From Candidatus Omnitrophota bacterium (GTDB lineage: Bacteria; Omnitrophota; Gorgyraeia; B26-G9), in assembly GCA_043806135.1 (NCBI GenBank), contig JAZDHG010000009.1:430-64429 (forward strand): DNA of 64,000 nucleotides. The letters are read 5' to 3'. The position numbers and the translations under genes are program-made. Under the pieces are notes generated by a model that saw only the letters and a list, made by a program, of their open reading frames with translations, had not been told where the DNA came from and searched no databases. The first letter of the stretch is position 1. Every line of letters starts with the position of its first letter. Shown piece by piece: positions 48,395 to 58,711 of the stretch.

Positions 48395-49513
48395 ATGAGC
48401 TTCAAGGTAGTACATAACGATAAAAATTCAAAAGCCAGATCGGGATTATTGAATACAAATCGCGGCATTATTCAAACACCGGTTTTTATGCCTGTGGGGA
48501 CTCAAGGTGCGGTTAAGGCGATATCTCCTGAAGCGCTTGAGAAAATGGGTGCTGAGATCATTCTCGCTAATGCCTATCATTTGTATTTAAGGCCCGGAAC
48601 CGAGCTGATAAAAAAATCCGGAGGATTGCACAAGTTCATGAACTGGCACGGGCCGATACTTACTGATAGCGGAGGCTACCAGGTGTTCAGCCTTTCGATT
48701 TTAAGAAAGGTTACGGATAAGGGAGTGAAGTTCCAATCACATATCGATGGGTCAACGCATTTTATCGGACCCATGGAGTGCCTAGAAATACAGGATATCC
48801 TGGGAAGCGATATCTGTATGGTGCTTGATGAGTGTGCCCCGTACCCGTGCGATCATGAAAATGCGAAGATCGCGGTGAAACGCACCCTTGATTGGGCCAG
48901 GATAAGTTCCAAGGTAAAAGTAAACAGCGGTAATAAAGTCTTTGCGATAGTGCAGGGGAGTACATATGAGGATCTAAGGGCAGCATGCGCAAAAGAACTT
49001 GTAGATATGGATTTTGACGGCTATGCCATCGGAGGCGTTAGTGTGGGAGAGCCTGCGGAGCTTATTTATAAAATCGTCGATTATACCCTGCCTCTTTTGC
49101 CGGATAATAAGCCGAAATACATTATGGGCATGGGCACACCTGAGGATATACTTGAGAGTATCGGCCGCGGTGCTGATATGTTTGACTGTATAATCCCCAC
49201 GCGCTATGGCCGTACAGCGAATGCTTTTACCAGCCGAGGAAAATTAAATCTGCGCAATGCCTGTTACACCCAGGACCTTGAGCCTGTTGACAGCGCATGT
49301 TCCTGCTACCTTTGCGGAAATTTCTCCCGGGCTTATGTAAGGCATCTATTTTACGCTAGCGAAATGCTGGGCCCACAGCTTTTATCTTTACATAATGTGC
49401 ATTTTTATTTAAATCTTATTAAACAAGTTCGGGAGGCAATTGCTGCTGATAAATTTAATGAATTTAAAAGTGATTTTTTACAAATATACAAAAATAATCA
49501 AGAAGATAAATAG
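48395..49513 (+). CDS. tgt: tRNA-guanine transglycosylase
   Basis: TPVFMPVGT, TDSGGYQVFSL, DMFDC, C.C..C zinc site. Confidence 0.97.
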   Translation: MSFKVVHNDKNSKARSGLLNTNRGIIQTPVFMPVGTQGAVKAISPEALEKMGAEIILANAYHLYLRPGTELIKKSGGLHKFMNWHGPILTDSGGYQVFSLSILRKVTDKGVKFQSHIDGSTHFIGPMECLEIQDILGSDICMVLDECAPYPCDHENAKIAVKRTLDWARISSKVKVNSGNKVFAIVQGSTYEDLRAACAKELVDMDFDGYAIGGVSVGEPAELIYKIVDYTLPLLPDNKPKYIMGMGTPEDILESIGRGADMFDCIIPTRYGRTANAFTSRGKLNLRNACYTQDLEPVDSACSCYLCGNFSRAYVRHLFYASEMLGPQLLSLHNVHFYLNLIKQVREAIAADKFNEFKSDFLQIYKNNQEDK

Positions 49514-49597
49514 ATATTTCTGGTTTTAAGAAATCTTTTCTTGAAATTAAAGAGGAGTGTCATAGAGTTCTTTTATTTGAAAAGGGGGAGGCATGCT

Positions 49598-51079
49598 GTG
49601 GGATATATTTTAGCCATAGATCAGGGGACAACCGGAAGCAGGGCGATATTGTATGATAAAAAGACAAAACAAAAGGCCAGTGCTTATGAAGAGTTTCCTC
49701 AGTATTTTCCGAAACCGGGCTGGGTTGAGCATGATCCGCAGGAGATATGGCAGAGCGTTATAAATTCTATCCAAAGAGTACTTAGGAAAGTCCCAAACGC
49801 AAAAATTGATGCCATCGGGATTACCAATCAACGAGAGACAACAGTGGTTTGGGATAAAACTACTTCAAAGCCGGTTTTTAATGCCATCGTCTGGCAATGC
49901 CGCAGGACCTCAGTTCGCTGCGATGAATTGAAGGATAAAAAAGGAGCTGTCGAATTTTTTAAGTCAAGAACAGGCCTGCCTATAGATGCTTATTTTTCCG
50001 CAACAAAGATTGAGTGGATATTAAAAAATATAAAAGGAGCATTAGCAAAAGCAAAACAGGGAAAACTGCTTTTCGGCACTACTGATGCCTGGATATTATG
50101 GAAGCTAACCGATGGGGCAGTGCACGCGACTGATTTTACCAATGCTTCAAGAACTATGCTTTTTAATATTAAAACACTTGATTGGGATGAAAAAATTCTC
50201 AAAATATTCAGCATCCCGAAAACAATGCTGCCCTGTGTTAAAAGTTCATCAGGGATTTTCGGTAAAACCGCAGCACATGGCAAACTGCCTGCAGGTATTC
50301 CTATTTCCGGTATAGCCGGAGACCAGCAGGCCGCTTTATTCGGCCAGACCTGTTTTGATCCGGGTACCATAAAAAACACCTATGGTACAGGATGTTTTAT
50401 GCTGCTTAATACTGGGAAAAAATGTATTAAATCAAAGTACGGGCTTATTACCACTTTAGGCTGCAGTGATTCAGAAAAGCCTGTCTATGCACTGGAAGGT
50501 GCAATATTTATCGCCGGCGCGGCAATCCAATGGCTGCGGGATGGATTAGGTATACTGGATAAATCATCTTCATCGGAAAAGATGGCAAGCTCCGTAAAGG
50601 ATAATGGCGGAGTTTATTTTGTACCTGCGCTTGTGGGTTTAGGTGCGCCGTATTGGGATCAGAATGCCCGAGGCAGTATCTTCGGTATTACACGCGGCAC
50701 AAAAAAGAGCCATATTGTAAGAGCTGCTTTAGAAGCAATGTGCTATCAGACAAAAGATGTGGTAAATGCCTTAGAGAGAGACTCAGGACTTAGGATACGC
50801 GTTTTGCAAGTAGACGGAGGAGCAGCGGCTAATGATTTTCTTTGCCAGTTTCAGTCGGATATTCTGGGAGTAAAGATAATCAGGCCTAAAACCATTGAGA
50901 TTACATCGTTAGGTGCTGCATATCTTGCGGGCCTTGCAGTTGGGTTTTGGAAAAACACAATACAAATAAAAAAGTGTTGGGCAAAAGATAAAGTTTTTAG
51001 GCCGAAGATTTCAAAAGCAAAATCAGAAGCACTTTATAAAAAATGGCAAGAGGCAGTAGTGAGGACTCTTTCAAAATAG
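49598..51079 (+). CDS. glpK: Glycerol kinase
   Basis: AIDQGTTGSR, GITNQRET, GDQQAALFGQ, KNTYGTGCF. Confidence 0.96.
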   Translation: MGYILAIDQGTTGSRAILYDKKTKQKASAYEEFPQYFPKPGWVEHDPQEIWQSVINSIQRVLRKVPNAKIDAIGITNQRETTVVWDKTTSKPVFNAIVWQCRRTSVRCDELKDKKGAVEFFKSRTGLPIDAYFSATKIEWILKNIKGALAKAKQGKLLFGTTDAWILWKLTDGAVHATDFTNASRTMLFNIKTLDWDEKILKIFSIPKTMLPCVKSSSGIFGKTAAHGKLPAGIPISGIAGDQQAALFGQTCFDPGTIKNTYGTGCFMLLNTGKKCIKSKYGLITTLGCSDSEKPVYALEGAIFIAGAAIQWLRDGLGILDKSSSSEKMASSVKDNGGVYFVPALVGLGAPYWDQNARGSIFGITRGTKKSHIVRAALEAMCYQTKDVVNALERDSGLRIRVLQVDGGAAANDFLCQFQSDILGVKIIRPKTIEITSLGAAYLAGLAVGFWKNTIQIKKCWAKDKVFRPKISKAKSEALYKKWQEAVVRTLSK

Positions 51080-51105
51080 AGATTGTTTAACTGAAAGTTG
51101 AGCAT

Positions 51106-52554
51106 ATGAAAACATACGATGTAATTATTATCGGAGCCGGGGTTGTAGGGACGGCTATCGCCCGAGAATTGTCCCGTTATAAATTAAATACAGCTGTGCT
51201 TGAAAAAGAGCAGGAGTTTGCTTTTGGAGTTTCAAAATCTAATAGCGGAATAATCCATCCCGGAACGCAGAATCCCTCTAATTCATTAAAAGGCAGGTTG
51301 TGCGTAGAAGGCAATAAACTCATCAGAAAAATTGCCGGGCAATTAGGGGTGGATTTTCAAGAAGTAGGTGCGTTGATCGTTGCGTTTAAAGAAGAAGATA
51401 TTCAGCAGCTGCTTCAACTTAAAAAACAAGCCCAAAGGCTGGGCGTGCCGAAATTGAAAATAGTAAAACGCAGCTGGCTTAGAAAACACGAACCTAATCT
51501 AACTCAAGATGCGGTTGCCGCGTTATATGCGCCTACGGCAGGCATTATAAGCCCATACCGATTGACATATGATATGGCTGAAAATGCTCTTGCTAATGGA
51601 GTAGAGATCTTTACACAGCAAAAAGTTGCGGGAATTATTCCTAAAAAAAACGCAGATGCCCGGAAAACGTTTGAGGTTAAAACTTCATCCGACACATTCC
51701 AAACGCATTACATTATAAATGCCGCCGGTTTATATGCTGATGATGTATCTGCTATGGTCGGAGTTAATGATTTCAGCATAAAACCGCGCAAGGGTGAGGA
51801 GTTTATTCTTGATAAAAAGAAAGAAAATATGACCCGGCGCCTGCTTTTTCCTCTTCCTTCAAAAAACTCCAAAGGTATACTGGTAATAAAAACAGCGGAC
51901 GGAAATCCGATGATCGGGCCGACAGCGGAAGATGGCGATGATAAGCAAGACTTCTCAACAACTGAGGCAGGTTTTCGAAAAGTGCTGAATAATGCACAGC
52001 GCATGGTCCCAGCAATAAAAGAGACCGATATCATTGCTTATTTTGCGGGCTTGAGGCCGGCAGCAGGGGATGATTTTATTATCCGGCATGAAGTGAGTAT
52101 GCCGGGTTTTATCAATGTAGCCGGGATACAGTCGCCGGGACTTACTGCCGCGCCTGCGATCGCAAGAATGGTTTGCGGCATACTAAAAGATAATGGTTTG
52201 TCACTAGAAAAAAAATCGGCATTTCATGCGCGGCGGAAAAGAACGATCCACTTGTTTTTTCTTCCCTTTTCCCGTGCTGCAAAACTGATCAAAAAAGATC
52301 CGGCTTACGGGGATATTGTCTGCCGCTGTGAAATGGTCTCAGCCAAAGAGATCAGAGATGCTATAGAGCGCGGGGCAAAAACACTAGACGGTATAAAATT
52401 CAGAACTAGGGCGCAGGCAGGCAGATGCCATGGCGGTTTCTGTACAACTCGCATCATGAAGATATTATCTGATTCTATGAATACACCCCTTACTAAAATA
52501 ACAAAAAAAGGGCCAGGATCTGAGGTGGTCAAGGAGGATAGGTCAGATGCTTAA
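51106..52554 (+). CDS. FAD-dependent glycerol-3-phosphate dehydrogenase-like subunit with BFD-type [2Fe-2S] domain
   Basis: GAGVVG, SKSNSGIIH, GIQSPGLTAAP, VCRCE...GRCHGGFC; next to glpK. Confidence 0.85.
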   Translation: MKTYDVIIIGAGVVGTAIARELSRYKLNTAVLEKEQEFAFGVSKSNSGIIHPGTQNPSNSLKGRLCVEGNKLIRKIAGQLGVDFQEVGALIVAFKEEDIQQLLQLKKQAQRLGVPKLKIVKRSWLRKHEPNLTQDAVAALYAPTAGIISPYRLTYDMAENALANGVEIFTQQKVAGIIPKKNADARKTFEVKTSSDTFQTHYIINAAGLYADDVSAMVGVNDFSIKPRKGEEFILDKKKENMTRRLLFPLPSKNSKGILVIKTADGNPMIGPTAEDGDDKQDFSTTEAGFRKVLNNAQRMVPAIKETDIIAYFAGLRPAAGDDFIIRHEVSMPGFINVAGIQSPGLTAAPAIARMVCGILKDNGLSLEKKSAFHARRKRTIHLFFLPFSRAAKLIKKDPAYGDIVCRCEMVSAKEIRDAIERGAKTLDGIKFRTRAQAGRCHGGFCTTRIMKILSDSMNTPLTKITKKGPGSEVVKEDRSDA

Positions 52555-53524
52555 AAGGGATCTGGTTATTGTCGGAGGCGGACCTGCCGGTATGGCCGCG
52601 GCAATTGCCGCCTGCGAACATGGAATTGAAGATATTTTGCTTATAGAACGGGATCAGTATCTTGGCGGTATATTAAATCAGTGTGTGCATACAGGATTCG
52701 GGCTTGATTATTTTAAAGAGGTTCTTACCGGGTGTGAATATGCGGCCCGGTTTATTAAAAAAATTAAAAGCATACGGCAAATAGAAATAAGCATGAGATC
52801 CTTTGTCGTGGATCTTTCGAAAGATAAGGTACTGACTTTTTTAAAACCGGGAAGCTTAAAACAAGTTCAGGCAAAAGCGCTGATCATGGCTACAGGCTGC
52901 CGAGAAAAAACGCGGGAGATGATACATATTCCGGGGGCAAGGCCGGCAGGTATATTTTCCGCAGGACTGGCGCAAAAACTTATAAATATTGAAGGCCTGC
53001 TGCCTGGCAGAAAGGTTATTATTGTCGGATCAGGAGATATCGGTCTGATTATGGCCCGGCGCTTTTTTCTGGAAGGAGCAGAGGTTAAGGCCGTTATTGA
53101 GATCCAGCCGAAAAGCCAGGGGCTTATACGCAATCAGGTGCAATGCATCGAGGATTTTGCCATACCGTTTTTTTGCTCGCATAAGATCGAAAAAATTTAT
53201 GGTAATAATAGAGTGGAGAAGGTGAGAGTTGTCCGGGTAGATGAAAATCTTAACGCGATCACAGGGACGCATTTTGATATTGAATGCGATACTGTGCTTA
53301 TATCAGTCGGACTGATACCGGAGAACGAACTTATAGAGATGGCCGGGGCGGCTATGGATGAAAAAACTAAAACCCCGGTATCTGAGGAATTAAACAAGAC
53401 TTCAATAGCCGGATTGTTTGTCTGCGGCAATTCATTCAAGGTATATGATCTTGTTGATTCTGTTTCCCGGGACAGCGAGATAGCCGGCAGGCTTGCCGCG
53501 GAATATTTAAAAGGTTTAAAATGA
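52547..53524 (+). CDS. NAD(P)/FAD-dependent oxidoreductase
   Basis: GGGPAG, GGILNQCVH.GFG, ATGCRE, GSGDIGLIMARR. Confidence 0.85.
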   Translation: MLKRDLVIVGGGPAGMAAAIAACEHGIEDILLIERDQYLGGILNQCVHTGFGLDYFKEVLTGCEYAARFIKKIKSIRQIEISMRSFVVDLSKDKVLTFLKPGSLKQVQAKALIMATGCREKTREMIHIPGARPAGIFSAGLAQKLINIEGLLPGRKVIIVGSGDIGLIMARRFFLEGAEVKAVIEIQPKSQGLIRNQVQCIEDFAIPFFCSHKIEKIYGNNRVEKVRVVRVDENLNAITGTHFDIECDTVLISVGLIPENELIEMAGAAMDEKTKTPVSEELNKTSIAGLFVCGNSFKVYDLVDSVSRDSEIAGRLAAEYLKGLK

Positions 53525-53880
53525 AGAAAAAAATCATATGTATTGAATGTCCTAAAGGCTGTGTTTTATCGGTTGAGGTACAGAATGATGAAATAATCTC
53601 CATGTGCGGCAATGAATGCCCTAAGGGGCAGGAGTATGCATTGTCTGAGATAAAAAATCCTTTAAGAATATTTACTTCCTCAGTGTTGACTCAGGGCCTG
53701 TCGTTAAAAATGATCCCGGTGCGTACAGATAAACCTATTCCTAAAGATAGGCTTTTTGCGGCCATGAAAGAAGTGAAAAAGATAAGGCTTTCTAGGCCGG
53801 TTAATGCAGGAGATATTATCGGAGAAAACTTTTTAGGTTTAGATGTAAATTTGATAGCAACCAGAAATAGTACAGGTTAA
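53521..53880 (+). CDS. DUF1667 family CxxC protein
   Basis: CIECPKGC, GNECPKG, P.R..TS.V, PVRTDKPIPK. Confidence 0.85.
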   Translation: MKKKIICIECPKGCVLSVEVQNDEIISMCGNECPKGQEYALSEIKNPLRIFTSSVLTQGLSLKMIPVRTDKPIPKDRLFAAMKEVKKIRLSRPVNAGDIIGENFLGLDVNLIATRNSTG

Positions 53881-53960
53881 GCAGGATCTTGTAATAAATC
53901 AGGCTCTTTCATTTCACTTAAACAGGAAAGAGCTTAAAATTTCTAAAAAGAGAGGGTGAA

Positions 53961-54641
53961 ATGGTGTTAAAAATAGGTCATCGCGGTGCATCCGGATATG
54001 AGCCGGAAAATACCCTGCTTTCTTTTCAAAAAGCATTGGAGCTTAAGGTTGATATGATTGAGCTTGATGTCCAGGGGTGCAAAAGCGGGCAGTTGATGGT
54101 CATACATGATATCAAAGTAGACAGGACAACAAACGGTACCGGGTATGTTTGTCAAAAATCATTTGAAGAATTGAGGACTTTAGACGCAGGTAAAAAACAG
54201 AAAATCCCGACTTTGCAGGAAGTTCTCGACCTGGTTGATCGAAAGGTAAAAATTAACATTGAGATGAAAAGCGAAGGTACAGCCAGTCCTATTTTTAATG
54301 TTATTCAGAAATATGTTAAGCAAAAAGGCTGGGGCTGGGATGATTTTCTGGTCTCATCATTTAATCATTATGAGCTTCAGGAATTCAGCCGATTAACAGC
54401 TCAGGTTAAGACCGGAGCGATAATTGCAGGTATTCCGATCGGATATGCCCAGTGCGCAAGTGATCTAAATAGTTATTCTTTGCATCCGTCCAAAGAATTT
54501 ATAAATCAGGCATTAGTTGATGATGCGCATAAAAGAGGATTAAAGGTGTTTGCCTATACGCTCAATGAGCCGGAAGATATCCAAAAAGTGAAGATATTGG
54601 GAGTGGACGGAATTTTTTCCAATTTTCCGGACAGGATCTAA
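53961..54641 (+). CDS. Glycerophosphodiester phosphodiesterase
   Basis: GHRGASGYEPENT, ELDV, HD, NIEMK. Confidence 0.92.
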   Translation: MVLKIGHRGASGYEPENTLLSFQKALELKVDMIELDVQGCKSGQLMVIHDIKVDRTTNGTGYVCQKSFEELRTLDAGKKQKIPTLQEVLDLVDRKVKINIEMKSEGTASPIFNVIQKYVKQKGWGWDDFLVSSFNHYELQEFSRLTAQVKTGAIIAGIPIGYAQCASDLNSYSLHPSKEFINQALVDDAHKRGLKVFAYTLNEPEDIQKVKILGVDGIFSNFPDRI

Positions 54642-54793
54642 GAAAAAAAAGATTGAACTGGAAACTAAGGGGTCAGCCTGTCAACTCGAAACTAATTGAC
54701 ATGGGAAACAATAGAAAGAGGGACGTTGTTTAAGGTTTTAAAGTGTAGTTATGGTCATCAAAAGCTAATTATTTAGTGCATTTTTGAGGTAGG

Positions 54794-54948
54794 GGCTGTG
54801 CTCCGCCACAGCGGACAGGCTGCCCCTTAAAGCACAGCCTTCCCCCGCACCAGAAAGACGGAGTCTTGCAGTGCAGGGTAAAATTTCATTTGTAAAATTA
54901 AGAAACCATGCCATGTATCGAGATTTGCTCTGGTACATGGGAAGCAAA
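54794..54948. repeat. Repeat family B copy 2
   Basis: Same length as and near-identical to 31059-31213. Confidence 0.9.
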
Positions 54949-55012
54949 GAAAATTAAACATAGATTTCAAATTGGGGAATATAAAACCCTAAGAACACCT
55001 CCTGGGTGTACT

Positions 55013-55145
55013 CTTTTGGTTGTTGCCTTGACGGATGCCTCGGGTGCGGTGGTGGAATCTTACGAGTATGATGTATACGGAAATACTAAAATTCTAGACG
55101 CTAATCACTTACCGCTAGCCGCTAGCCAAATCGGCAATCCTGCAG
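55013..55145 (+). pseudogene. RHS/YD-repeat core fragment
   Basis: VVALTDASGAVVESYEYDVYG...IGNP resembles the RHS core just before the core-end motif; no own start. Confidence 0.7.
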
Positions 55146-55256
55146 TTATTTCCTCTTGATCAAAACAAAATAGTGGAATATTGGTGTAAAATATTATATA
55201 CTAATGACGTTTAAATATTAAATTTCAGGGGGTTGCATCAAAAATTAGGAGGAGAA

Positions 55257-55586
55257 ATGAATTTTGAATCTTTAGCGTTCGCGCAAGGTGCTTCAGGCAG
55301 CGTGCCTCAGGGGCAGGGGAGTTTTATGATCTTGCTGCCGATGTATTTAATTATCTTTCTGGTATTTTATTTTTTCCTTATTAAGCCGCAGCAGAAGCAG
55401 CAGAAGGAAAAACAGGACATGGTGAATGCTATAAAGAAAAACGATGAGGTTGTCACCGTAGGCGGTATCCATGCCACAGTAGTGAATGTGAAGGATAAAA
55501 GCGTGATTTTAAAGGTTGATGACAATGTTAAGATAGAGTTCGATAAGAATTCTATTACTTTAATCAAAAAATCAAGGCAATCATAA
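55257..55586 (+). CDS. yajC: Preprotein translocase subunit YajC
   Basis: FYFFLIKPQQK, DEVVTVGGIH. Confidence 0.93.
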   Translation: MNFESLAFAQGASGSVPQGQGSFMILLPMYLIIFLVFYFFLIKPQQKQQKEKQDMVNAIKKNDEVVTVGGIHATVVNVKDKSVILKVDDNVKIEFDKNSITLIKKSRQS

Positions 55587-55624
55587 AGAGTTATAGCCGT
55601 TGAACAGATCCCAGGAGGAAAAAC

Positions 55625-57799
55625 ATGCCGAAGAATTTGAAGGTCAAATTTTTATTAATAAGCGCATTAGTTGTTTTTTGTGTTTGGGTTATTTACCCGA
55701 TTCAGGAAAAAATTAATCTCGGACTTGATCTGCAGGGCGGGATATTTTTGACCTTGCAAGTCGATATGAGCAAGCTGCCCAAAAATATTAAGGAAGATGT
55801 ACGTTCGGATATTGTGGACAGGACGATTGAGATTATCCGCAAAAGAGTCGATCAATTCGGGGTAAAGGAACCCTCGATAACCCGCCAGGGAGAAAACAGG
55901 ATCATTGTTCAGCTGCCCGGGGTTACGGACAGAAAGCGGGCCCGCGCACTTATCGGAAAAACAGCTCAGCTTGAGTTCAGGATCGTAAACGATGATGATG
56001 AGATGATGAGAGCGGCGATTGAAGGCGATGTTCCTGCCGGATATGTATTAACTAAAGACGAGGATGATAAAGAACTGCTTCTTGAAGAAACAGCAGTAAT
56101 GACCGGAGACAGCCTGTCGGATGCTATTGTCAGCCGTGATCAATATGGTAGACCAAGTGTAAAACTGGAGTTTACCGGAACAGGGGCGACTAAATTTTCC
56201 AATATAACAGGTGCGAATGTAAACAGGAGACTGGCTATTGTGCTTGATAATGAGGTTTATTCGGCACCAATGATCAGAGAACGCATCTCAGGCGGAAACG
56301 CGGAAATTACAGGAAGCTTCAGCGCTAACGATGCTAAAGACCTTTCTACTGTATTACGCACCGGTGCATTGCCGGCTCCCATAACATTCGGGGAAGAGCG
56401 TACGGTCGGACCGCTGCTTGGGCAGGATTCCATAAATAGCGGGGTGAAAGCGACACTTTACGGAGGTCTTGCGGTGTTCTTATTTATGGCCTTTTATTAC
56501 TTGGTAGGAGGTGTCCTGGCAAATATTGCCCTGCTTTTTAATATCCTACTGGTGTTTGCTGCTCTTGTGATCATGAAAGCTACGCTGACTTTGCCCGGTA
56601 TTGCCGGTATTGGACTGACTATCGGTATGGCTGTGGATGCGAATGTGTTGATAAACGAGCGCATCAGAGAAGAATTAAAACTCGGGAAGTCAACACGTAC
56701 GGCAATAAATAACGGTTACAGCCGCGCTTTCCCGGCGATTTTAGATTCAAATGTCACAACGATAATTGCGGCTATTCTGCTGGTTTGGCTGGGCTCAGGT
56801 CCTGTAAGGGGATTCGGCCTTACCCTGATTATCGGTTTAATAGCAAGTATGTTTACGGCGATTGTAGTGACCCGTATGCTTCTTGACATGCTTACTTTGA
56901 AATGGAAAGAACTGCCGCTTAAGATGATGCAGCTTATTTCTGAGACAAAAATTGATTTTATTAAAGCAAGATGGATTTTCTATACGATATCGATCGTTCT
57001 CATAGTCGCCGGAATGTTTTTATTCTCCCGCCGGGGTGATGATAACTATGGCATTGATTTTGCCGGCGGTTCCCTTCAGGAGTTTCAATTCGAAAAACCG
57101 GTGGAGATTGACAGTCTGCGTCTGGCGATGTCAAAAATCGGCCTGGCAGATGCTTTGATACAGCAGGATAAAAAGAAGCCGGAGATTGTTCTGATCAGAA
57201 CTGAAGAAGATAAAGCAGACGCAATTATAGGTGAATTCGCAAACACATTTCCGGACAATAAGGCAGAGATATTGAGTGTTGAAAGCGTTGGTCCGGTCGT
57301 GGGAAGGCTTTTAAAGAAAAACGCGGCAATGGCGTTTATGCTTGCATTGCTGGCGATATGTATATATATCTGGATAAGGTTCAAAGACTTTGTCTACGGG
57401 ATTGCCGGTGTTGTCTCTCTATTCCATGACGTTCTTGTTGCCATTGCTTTTTGCGCCCTGACAAACAGACCGATTGACCTGTTAATAGTTACTGCGTTAA
57501 TGACAATAGCAGGGTATTCTATAAACGACACAATCGTTACCTATGACCGTATTCGGGAAAATCTACGCTTAATGCGCAAAACTTCTTTCAGAGATGTTAT
57601 TAATATAAGTATCAACCAGACCCTGGCACGTACAATATGGACATCGGTAACCACCTTGTTTATTGTTTTTGCCATTTACCTGATGGGCGGCAGGGTGCTG
57701 CATAATTTTGCCTTTGTATTGATAATCGGCCTTTTCAGCGGAGTTTACTCAACTGTTTTTATTGCCAGTCCGCTGGTCTATGCTTGGGAGAAAAAGTAA
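55625..57799 (+). CDS. secDF: Fused SecDF
   Basis: LGLDLQGG, GMAVDANV, GIDFAGG, GYSINDTIV. Confidence 0.95.
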   Translation: MPKNLKVKFLLISALVVFCVWVIYPIQEKINLGLDLQGGIFLTLQVDMSKLPKNIKEDVRSDIVDRTIEIIRKRVDQFGVKEPSITRQGENRIIVQLPGVTDRKRARALIGKTAQLEFRIVNDDDEMMRAAIEGDVPAGYVLTKDEDDKELLLEETAVMTGDSLSDAIVSRDQYGRPSVKLEFTGTGATKFSNITGANVNRRLAIVLDNEVYSAPMIRERISGGNAEITGSFSANDAKDLSTVLRTGALPAPITFGEERTVGPLLGQDSINSGVKATLYGGLAVFLFMAFYYLVGGVLANIALLFNILLVFAALVIMKATLTLPGIAGIGLTIGMAVDANVLINERIREELKLGKSTRTAINNGYSRAFPAILDSNVTTIIAAILLVWLGSGPVRGFGLTLIIGLIASMFTAIVVTRMLLDMLTLKWKELPLKMMQLISETKIDFIKARWIFYTISIVLIVAGMFLFSRRGDDNYGIDFAGGSLQEFQFEKPVEIDSLRLAMSKIGLADALIQQDKKKPEIVLIRTEEDKADAIIGEFANTFPDNKAEILSVESVGPVVGRLLKKNAAMAFMLALLAICIYIWIRFKDFVYGIAGVVSLFHDVLVAIAFCALTNRPIDLLIVTALMTIAGYSINDTIVTYDRIRENLRLMRKTSFRDVINISINQTLARTIWTSVTTLFIVFAIYLMGGRVLHNFAFVLIIGLFSGVYSTVFIASPLVYAWEKK

Positions 57800-57800
57800 A

Positions 57801-58050
57801 GACATCCTATAACGATAAAGTAGCAGGATGTTTTGATCACATAGATTAGATGGAGATTAATGGTTTAATCCTTGCCCCGAGAAATCTGCACCCTGAAATT
57901 TTTTTGGAATTTCGGGTACTTAGTCCTGGGAATGCTGCGCATTCCACAGGGGAAGATTTCCGGAGTTGGGTGCCCCGCAAGGGTATAATCTGTTATTAAT
58001 CGTTGTAATCAGGTATAATCCAGCTTAAGCATGAGGATTATACCAAGGAG
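57801..58050 (+). repeat. Repeat family A copy 3
   Basis: Same terminal hairpins as copy 2; core 57872-57991 identical. Confidence 0.9.
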
Positions 58051-58054
58051 TTTT

Positions 58055-58687
58055 ATGAACAAAAAGATTGTTTATCTTAAAAATTGTATAAAAAGCGGAG
58101 TTTGCCTTGAAAATCCGGTTTTCAGTTTAATGCTTGGATTGTGTCCGACGCTTGCGGTTACGGTTACTGCGGAAAACGGCATTGGGATAGGGCTTGCCGC
58201 AACATTTGTCCTGCTTGGCTCAAATGTAATTATTTCAATGATAAAGAATTTTGTGCCCCCTCAGGTACGTATTCCTTGTTATATCCTGGTAATTGCGACG
58301 TTTGTTACAATCGTTAAATTACTTTTACAAACTTATGTGCCCTTGATTTATGCTAAACTGGGGCTGTTTGTGGATATTATGGTTGTGAACTGTATAATCC
58401 TCGGCCGTGCCGAGGCATTTGCCAGTAAAAATACGGTGAGCATGTCTGCAGCTGACGCCCTGGGCATGGGTATAGGATTTACACTTGCGTCCGCAGGTAT
58501 CGGGGCTATACGCGAAATCCTGGGTGCGGGAACATTGCTTGGCAGGCCTTTGTTCGGGCCGTTATTTAATCCAATGCTGGTAATGATTTTGCCGCCGGGA
58601 GCTTTTTTGACGATTGGTGTTATTATAGCGGTTTTAAATCGTCTTAACCCTGGCCGGGAAAAATCCCAGAGCGGATGTTGTAATTAA
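58055..58687 (+). CDS. rsxE: Rnf/Rsx complex subunit E
   Basis: ENPVF..MLGLCPTLAVT, VRIP, VNCIILGRAEAFA, LPPGAF. Confidence 0.93.
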   Translation: MNKKIVYLKNCIKSGVCLENPVFSLMLGLCPTLAVTVTAENGIGIGLAATFVLLGSNVIISMIKNFVPPQVRIPCYILVIATFVTIVKLLLQTYVPLIYAKLGLFVDIMVVNCIILGRAEAFASKNTVSMSAADALGMGIGFTLASAGIGAIREILGAGTLLGRPLFGPLFNPMLVMILPPGAFLTIGVIIAVLNRLNPGREKSQSGCCN

Positions 58688-58711
58688 AAATAAACACTAA
58701 GAGGTCATAGC

